From positions 1-35,960 of the forward strand of contig CAZTHI010000003.1 of the NCBI GenBank assembly GCA_964613135.1: DNA of 35,960 nucleotides, read 5' to 3'. A program made the position numbers and the translations under genes. Positions 31,571-35,960 of this stretch are shown piece after piece. The DNA comes from an uncultured Gammaproteobacteria bacterium. Its GTDB lineage: Bacteria; Patescibacteriota; Microgenomatia; PFEM01; CAZTHI01. The notes beneath the pieces were generated by a model that was not told the DNA's origin, did no database searches, and worked only from the letters and a program-made list of their open reading frames with translations. Position 1 is the stretch's first letter. Each line of letters begins with the position of its first letter.

Positions 31571-32371
31571 TCAAACCTGAAGCTTGTATGTTTCTATCGC
31601 ATTTTTACTAAAAATTCTTTCCTGCTCTTCTTTATTTGTCTTTAAAGACCTTACTAAATCAATTTGCCTTTTTACACCGCACATCGGCCAGTCAGTGCCG
31701 AAAATGACCTGATTTGGCCTATCCCTCACGGTCTTTTCCAGTATTTCTCTCATTTTTTCGATCCCGCCGCTTTTCTCCAAGACGTTCGGGTCAGCCGTCC
31801 CCGCCAACTCAAAATAAATATTGGCAACGTCTTTAGTAATTTCGTAGCAATATTCAATCTTGGGCCAGAAATAGTGAGTAATAATAACCTTTAATTTTGG
31901 ATACCTTCCGGCCACCTCAATAATATATTTGGGGTCGTTGTATCTAGACACCTCAGGATCGTCTGAATTCTCTCCGGTATGAAAAACCACAGGAAGGCTC
32001 AGACCTTCACAAAGGGAGTAATATGGGAAGCATCTTTCGTCTGTCGGGTAATACGGGTCGTGGCCCGGGAAGAATTTTAGGCCTTTGATGACGCCTTCAT
32101 CTAACAATTTCCTATATTTCTGCGCCTCGCTGCTTCCCCTTTGAATTATTCGAGGGCTGCCCAGGAGAAAGAATTCTTTATGCCCTCTGATAAGTTTAAT
32201 TGCTTTTTCAAGATCGGCGATGTGCGGATCATCTTCAACATTATCCGGAATAACAATGGCGTAATCCACATGATTTCTCTTCATCTCTTGTCGCAGTAAA
32301 TCTCGGCTTTCCCCAAGGGATTTTGCCTTATTCCCGTAACGAGAAAGATGAACGTGCGCATCGATAATCAT
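31571..32371 (-). CDS. amidohydrolase-family metal-dependent hydrolase (TIM barrel)
   Basis: MIIDAHVHL (HxH), VVFHTG, IITHY and FGTDWP. The ATG at 32371 overlaps the NUDIX stop (ATGA). Confidence 0.8.
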   Translation of the reverse strand: MIIDAHVHLSRYGNKAKSLGESRDLLRQEMKRNHVDYAIVIPDNVEDDPHIADLEKAIKLIRGHKEFFLLGSPRIIQRGSSEAQKYRKLLDEGVIKGLKFFPGHDPYYPTDERCFPYYSLCEGLSLPVVFHTGENSDDPEVSRYNDPKYIIEVAGRYPKLKVIITHYFWPKIEYCYEITKDVANIYFELAGTADPNVLEKSGGIEKMREILEKTVRDRPNQVIFGTDWPMCGVKRQIDLVRSLKTNKEEQERIFSKNAIETYKLQV

Positions 32372-32859
32372 AGCTTTACCAACCCCAGTCTTTTTCCTAA
32401 AGTCCGGCGCCAAAAATAGGATGGCAATTTGTCTAAGGGAATGGGGAAACGGTGGCTAGTTCGCAGCTTAATTTGTTGGTTGGTAGCAAGAGCATCTTGG
32501 AATCTTTGGTAGAATCTCGGTAATAGGAATTTAGCCGCGTCTTGCTTTTTTACCCACCGGATCTGCAAAACTTCTCCCTTTTGCCTTTGGGGCTTACCCC
32601 CGATTTTTTCCGCCAGAAAAAAGAAATTAATGGTTTTTTTCAGAAAATGATCGTTAACATAAACGGCGACCAAGCGCACAATCTTAACTTTTAGACCGGT
32701 TTCTTCTTCAGCCTCGCGAATGGCGGCCCTTTCCGGTGATTCATTTTGGGCGATCATTCCACCCGGGAAAACCCAGGTTCGCAGATCATGTCTTTGGGTT
32801 AGTAAAATCTCACCTTTTTTATTTATCACCAAAGCCGAAGCGCCAACCGCAATCGCCAT
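32368..32859 (-). CDS. NUDIX hydrolase
   Basis: Nudix box GGMIAQNESPERAAIREAEEETGLKV. ATG at 32859 preferred over the TTG at 32877. Confidence 0.85.
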   Translation of the reverse strand: MAIAVGASALVINKKGEILLTQRHDLRTWVFPGGMIAQNESPERAAIREAEEETGLKVKIVRLVAVYVNDHFLKKTINFFFLAEKIGGKPQRQKGEVLQIRWVKKQDAAKFLLPRFYQRFQDALATNQQIKLRTSHRFPIPLDKLPSYFWRRTLGKRLGLVKL

Positions 32860-32913
32860 ATGATTATTGTAACCCAACGTGTCTAGGCAAAGAATAGCAG
32901 CGTTATTCTTAAT

Positions 32914-32952
32914 ATCCCAGAGTCTTTTTCGCCAGGATTTGACAGGAGTGAG
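32914..32952. repeat. intergenic direct repeat, copy 1 (ATCCCAGAGTCTTTTTCGCCAGG-ATTTGACAGG..)
   Basis: The same 23-mer recurs at 34358..34380 and, truncated, at 35947..35960. The ATTTGACAGG tail is shared with copy 2. Confidence 0.85.
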
Positions 32953-32981
32953 ATTGTATCAGTTGAGAGGAACTTGGGGCA

Positions 32982-33701
32982 TTAAATAAATCTTTCTGCT
33001 TCTCGTTTTAATGTCTCCCTAAAGTTTCTGATAATAGCCCAATGACTTTTGGGTAAAAATTGCTTTAATTCAACCTCAAAGTTAATACCCGCACCTTTGA
33101 GTGTTTTGAGAGTTCGAGGCAAGATGTCTTTTTTTTCTGCCGATAAAAGATTTGAGCGGAGAATAAAGTATAAGTCATAAAAATCTCGGGGCTTTTTTCT
33201 TGCAAGCAAGGCCTGGACTTTCTCATCAATCAACTGCTCTTGTGATAATATTATAATGATATAAGGGGGAACAAAATCGTTTGCAACAGTGACAACCTCA
33301 CCTTTTTTATCACCTTCCCGAAGCGAAATATGCAGGAGAATTAATATGGTTTGCTCAAAAGCCTGAAAGATAATCTTTGCCAAATACCCACCGCTTGTCT
33401 GTTTTGCCTCTTGTAAGTTAGCCTTGATGCCTTCTTTCTCAATTGCCTCTAATGTTTGCAGGATTGCTTGCTCAATTGGTTTAATATCCTCAAGGGTCGT
33501 TGAAAAATCCAAATCTTCTGAAAAACGAGGACTTTGGTAGACCATTCTTAATGCCGTTCCTCCCTTAAAATAAATAACATCAGCTTGAGGCTGTTGATAA
33601 AAATATGAGAGGAACAAATGCTGAAAATATTCACGCCTAGTATTTAGCTCTGTGGTTTGATATTTATTTGCAAGTATTTTAATTTGTTCTTTGGTAATCA
33701 T
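32982..33701 (-). CDS. abiEii: AbiEii/AbiGii-family nucleotidyltransferase toxin
   Basis: YFKGGTALRMVYQSPRFSEDLDFS is the family core motif. Overlaps the upstream partner by 4 bp. Confidence 0.85.
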   Translation of the reverse strand: MITKEQIKILANKYQTTELNTRREYFQHLFLSYFYQQPQADVIYFKGGTALRMVYQSPRFSEDLDFSTTLEDIKPIEQAILQTLEAIEKEGIKANLQEAKQTSGGYLAKIIFQAFEQTILILLHISLREGDKKGEVVTVANDFVPPYIIIILSQEQLIDEKVQALLARKKPRDFYDLYFILRSNLLSAEKKDILPRTLKTLKGAGINFEVELKQFLPKSHWAIIRNFRETLKREAERFI

Positions 33702-34294
33702 TGCAGTTTTTCTATCAGCTTAATGAGCTTATCTCTGCCATATAAAGAAGCGTACTCAAAAAGCTTTCCCTTTTTCAAAGATGAGGTATTTAGGCGGTCA
33801 TTATTTGCTTTCTTGCCTAAAACTACAAAATATAGGTAATCAACCAACGCTTTCTCCGGTTCGGCCATAAGAAATGATCTTCCCTCTCGCTTGATAAGGG
33901 CATACCCCGTATACGCCTCTTTCTTAATGGTGAAGTAAGAGAACACCTTATCCTCGATCGTAAATGTTCTCGTTGGTTTAGTAGTAGCAGAAGTTACTGA
34001 ATAAGTCATTTCAGGAAGGACGTTAAAGCCAGCCAAGGCATACTCAAATGAAATATAGGAAGGCTGATAGAGGCGGTTAGCAAGCTCTTCCTCGCTTGGC
34101 AAATCAGTTTTTAAGCCATACAATCCCTTTTTGAGCCGTAAAAATAACCCACCCTCGCTTTCTTTCTCCAAAAAATACTTAGCTTTGTACTTTGGCAGGT
34201 GAAAAGTCCGCTCGAAATCCCTAGATGTAAAAATAAGCAGCCTCTTTTTAAGCAACTCCTCTCTTATTGATAACGGTTTCAGTAAAGTATACAT
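33698..34294 (-). CDS. abiEi: AbiEi-family antitoxin/transcriptional regulator
   Basis: 198 aa with an AbiEi-like N-terminal region (..FTSRDF..LKKGLYGL..). Coupled to abiEii. TTGACA-N17-TATATT lies upstream (34343..34315). Confidence 0.7.
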   Translation of the reverse strand: MYTLLKPLSIREELLKKRLLIFTSRDFERTFHLPKYKAKYFLEKESEGGLFLRLKKGLYGLKTDLPSEEELANRLYQPSYISFEYALAGFNVLPEMTYSVTSATTKPTRTFTIEDKVFSYFTIKKEAYTGYALIKREGRSFLMAEPEKALVDYLYFVVLGKKANNDRLNTSSLKKGKLFEYASLYGRDKLIKLIEKLQ

Positions 34295-34357
34295 ATTTGC
34301 TCTTTTATGAAATAAATATAATCAATCTTGCTCTGTTTGTCAAGGGTTAAGAAGAGC

Positions 34358-34434
34358 ATCCCAGAGTCTTTTTCGCCAGGGCCTGCCTCACTCGCCTCGC
34401 TGCGAAGTGGGCCGATAAGGCGGGATTTGACAGG
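34358..34434. repeat. intergenic direct repeat, copy 2, carrying a 44-nt GC-rich insert
   Basis: The 23-mer is at 34358..34380 and ATTTGACAGG at 34425..34434. Between them, 34381..34424 is an insert absent from copy 1. Confidence 0.85.
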
Positions 34435-34543
34435 GGAGGGAAAATTTGGAATCACTTCTTGCCCCTTCTTGCCAGTTTGTGACCGGCGCCAAAAGAGCCG
34501 CTCTTTATGATCTTGAAAATGAGGCTAGTTGTTTAGAACTAAT

Positions 34544-35011
34544 TTAATGGAAGCTTAAACAATAAAATAGTTCCGCTCCGGTATCAGAAAATAAATCACC
34601 GAGCTCTGCAACAAATTTAAAACCATGTTTTTCATATAAACCCCTGGCGGCCTTGTTTTCCTTGTCTACAAAAAGGAAGATTCTTCTTGGTTTAATATCA
34701 ATTTTGGCAAAATAACTTTTGACTGATTGGATAGCCTGTTTTACTATCAAAGAACCAATGCCTTTTCCTCTATAATTTTCTAAAACAACTACTTCCTCAA
34801 ACTCAACCACTCCTGCATTCGGGTTTTCTTTTACAGACCACTGCAATATTCCGACAATCTTTTCTTTATCCTTGGCGATAACGGTAAAATTGTGAGAAAG
34901 ATAACAATCAACTCTATTTTGAGCAATGCCTTTGACTTTGTAATGTTTAAACCAGCCCAACAATTGTTCTTTGTCTTTTTTAGATGCCCGAATTACTTTT
35001 ATGTCTCTCAT
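34544..35011 (-). CDS. GNAT family N-acetyltransferase
   Basis: YRGKGIGSLIVKQAIQSVK (Q/RxxGxG/A) and YEKHGFK. Confidence 0.85.
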   Translation of the reverse strand: MRDIKVIRASKKDKEQLLGWFKHYKVKGIAQNRVDCYLSHNFTVIAKDKEKIVGILQWSVKENPNAGVVEFEEVVVLENYRGKGIGSLIVKQAIQSVKSYFAKIDIKPRRIFLFVDKENKAARGLYEKHGFKFVAELGDLFSDTGAELFYCLSFH

Positions 35012-35037
35012 TTTCTTATTTTATCAAAAAATAAAAC

Positions 35038-35934
35038 CTAAATGGTGAGCCTGAGGATTTTAGGGGAAGTTAAAATTTGAGGCCAGGTTTTGGGATAGCG
35101 ATTGAGAATTATTTTGCCGAAAACAAAAGCAAGATCATGGGGATTTCGGCTTGGTTCCAACACCGAATCCTCTCGCTCAAGATCTTTCTTCTTTTCGTCT
35201 TTAATTAGTTCCTTTAGTCGATATTTAATAAAGATATTCAGGTTTTGTTGGTGATTTGGCCAAAAAATGGAAGAGGCTTCATATTCGACGCAGAAGGCGT
35301 AAAGTTCATGGATTCCATAGGGTGTTGGAAACTTAAGCCTTAGGCGAGGAATTTTTTTGCCCTGGTAAAGCTTTAGCGCCGAGTTAAGATAATGGAGATT
35401 TTCCTTTTTATTTGAATACCACCACAGCTTATATTGGTCCCGGTATATATGTCCGAATTCATGGACAATGGTGGCTAAAAAACTTTCTCTAGTATTATAA
35501 GCATCAAGCGGATACGGACTTTCTTGATGTATTTTTATAAATGGGGCCAGCAAGCCGCCGCTAATTACTGGATTTACAAATTCACTTCCGGTGATAAAAA
35601 GTTTGGGAAGAAGTCGATAAAAGTCGTTTCTAAAAAGAGAGGCGCGCCAGCCAGTATAGTCGTCGTCAGTAAAAGAAAGCTGATGGGGGATTTTGGAGAA
35701 ATAATAGTTGGGAAGAGAAGCGGGTTCTCGCTTCAGTCCAGAAAATTTGTGCTTACTCCAAAGATAAATAAACTGAGAGTCAAAGCTGATGATTGAAGTG
35801 CGGTCAAAAACCTCTTTCTCTTTAAAGACAAAATCCAATTCTTTTCGCCAGACGGCGCTAATTCCTTCCTCAATCGCTTCAAGGTCTTTCTTAGTGGCCT
35901 TATAATTTTCAAACACATCCTTATTATACCCCAT
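35038..35934 (-). CDS. putative zinc metallopeptidase (HExxH) of unknown family
   Basis: ATIVHEFGHIY is the only recognisable motif. Confidence 0.45.
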   Translation of the reverse strand: MGYNKDVFENYKATKKDLEAIEEGISAVWRKELDFVFKEKEVFDRTSIISFDSQFIYLWSKHKFSGLKREPASLPNYYFSKIPHQLSFTDDDYTGWRASLFRNDFYRLLPKLFITGSEFVNPVISGGLLAPFIKIHQESPYPLDAYNTRESFLATIVHEFGHIYRDQYKLWWYSNKKENLHYLNSALKLYQGKKIPRLRLKFPTPYGIHELYAFCVEYEASSIFWPNHQQNLNIFIKYRLKELIKDEKKKDLEREDSVLEPSRNPHDLAFVFGKIILNRYPKTWPQILTSPKILRLTI

Positions 35935-35946
35935 CCCTAGTTATCT

Positions 35947-35960
35947 ATCCCAGAGTCTTT
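35947..35960. repeat. intergenic direct repeat, copy 3 (truncated by the window end)
   Basis: ATCCCAGAGTCTTT matches the first 14 nt of the 23-mer. Lies 12 nt upstream (minus sense) of the ATG at 35934. Confidence 0.6.

Noticed and set aside
32914-34434. Integron attC sites / gene-cassette array
   Set aside because: No integron integrase is present, no RYYYAAC/GTTRRRY core pair was found, and the repeat lacks the imperfect inverted-repeat structure of attC. It is kept only as a generic cassette-boundary repeat.

Overview
The window looks like an origin-proximal chromosome segment of a small-genome, roughly 40-45% GC bacterium. Gene content resembles Candidate Phyla Radiation/Patescibacteria; this is an inference. 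The conserved core is dnaN-dnaA on the minus strand, diverging from rpmH-rnpA-yidD-yidC-jag on the plus strand. To its left are three tandem toxin-antitoxin modules (HicAB, HEPN/MNT, HepT/MntA). A PrgI/VirB4/CHAP type IV secretion-like operon follows, and its VirB4 ATPase carries a 601-aa LAGLIDADG intein in the P-loop. To the right are cell-envelope genes (O-antigen-ligase-like, flippase), nucleotide-hygiene and DNA-repair genes, and a large secreted protein. A mosaic accessory region follows: three CYTH paralogs, a kinase, a histidine phosphatase, a B12-radical SAM enzyme, a nucleotidyltransferase, a phosphoesterase, two GNATs, two NUDIX genes, an amidohydrolase and AbiE. The most unusual signal is a dispersed family of degenerate 7-8 bp tandem arrays. 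They pair into long imperfect hairpins, bracket both four-helix-bundle (23S-rRNA-IVS-protein family) genes, occupy spacers of the rpmH operon, and are embedded in coding sequence. Also notable are a 1.9-kb insertion between dnaA and rpmH flanked by an 18-bp direct repeat containing a DnaA box, two G-run frameshifts inside that insertion, a recurring leaderless-promoter architecture, and direct repeats delimiting gene cassettes. No rRNA, tRNA or CRISPR array was found.
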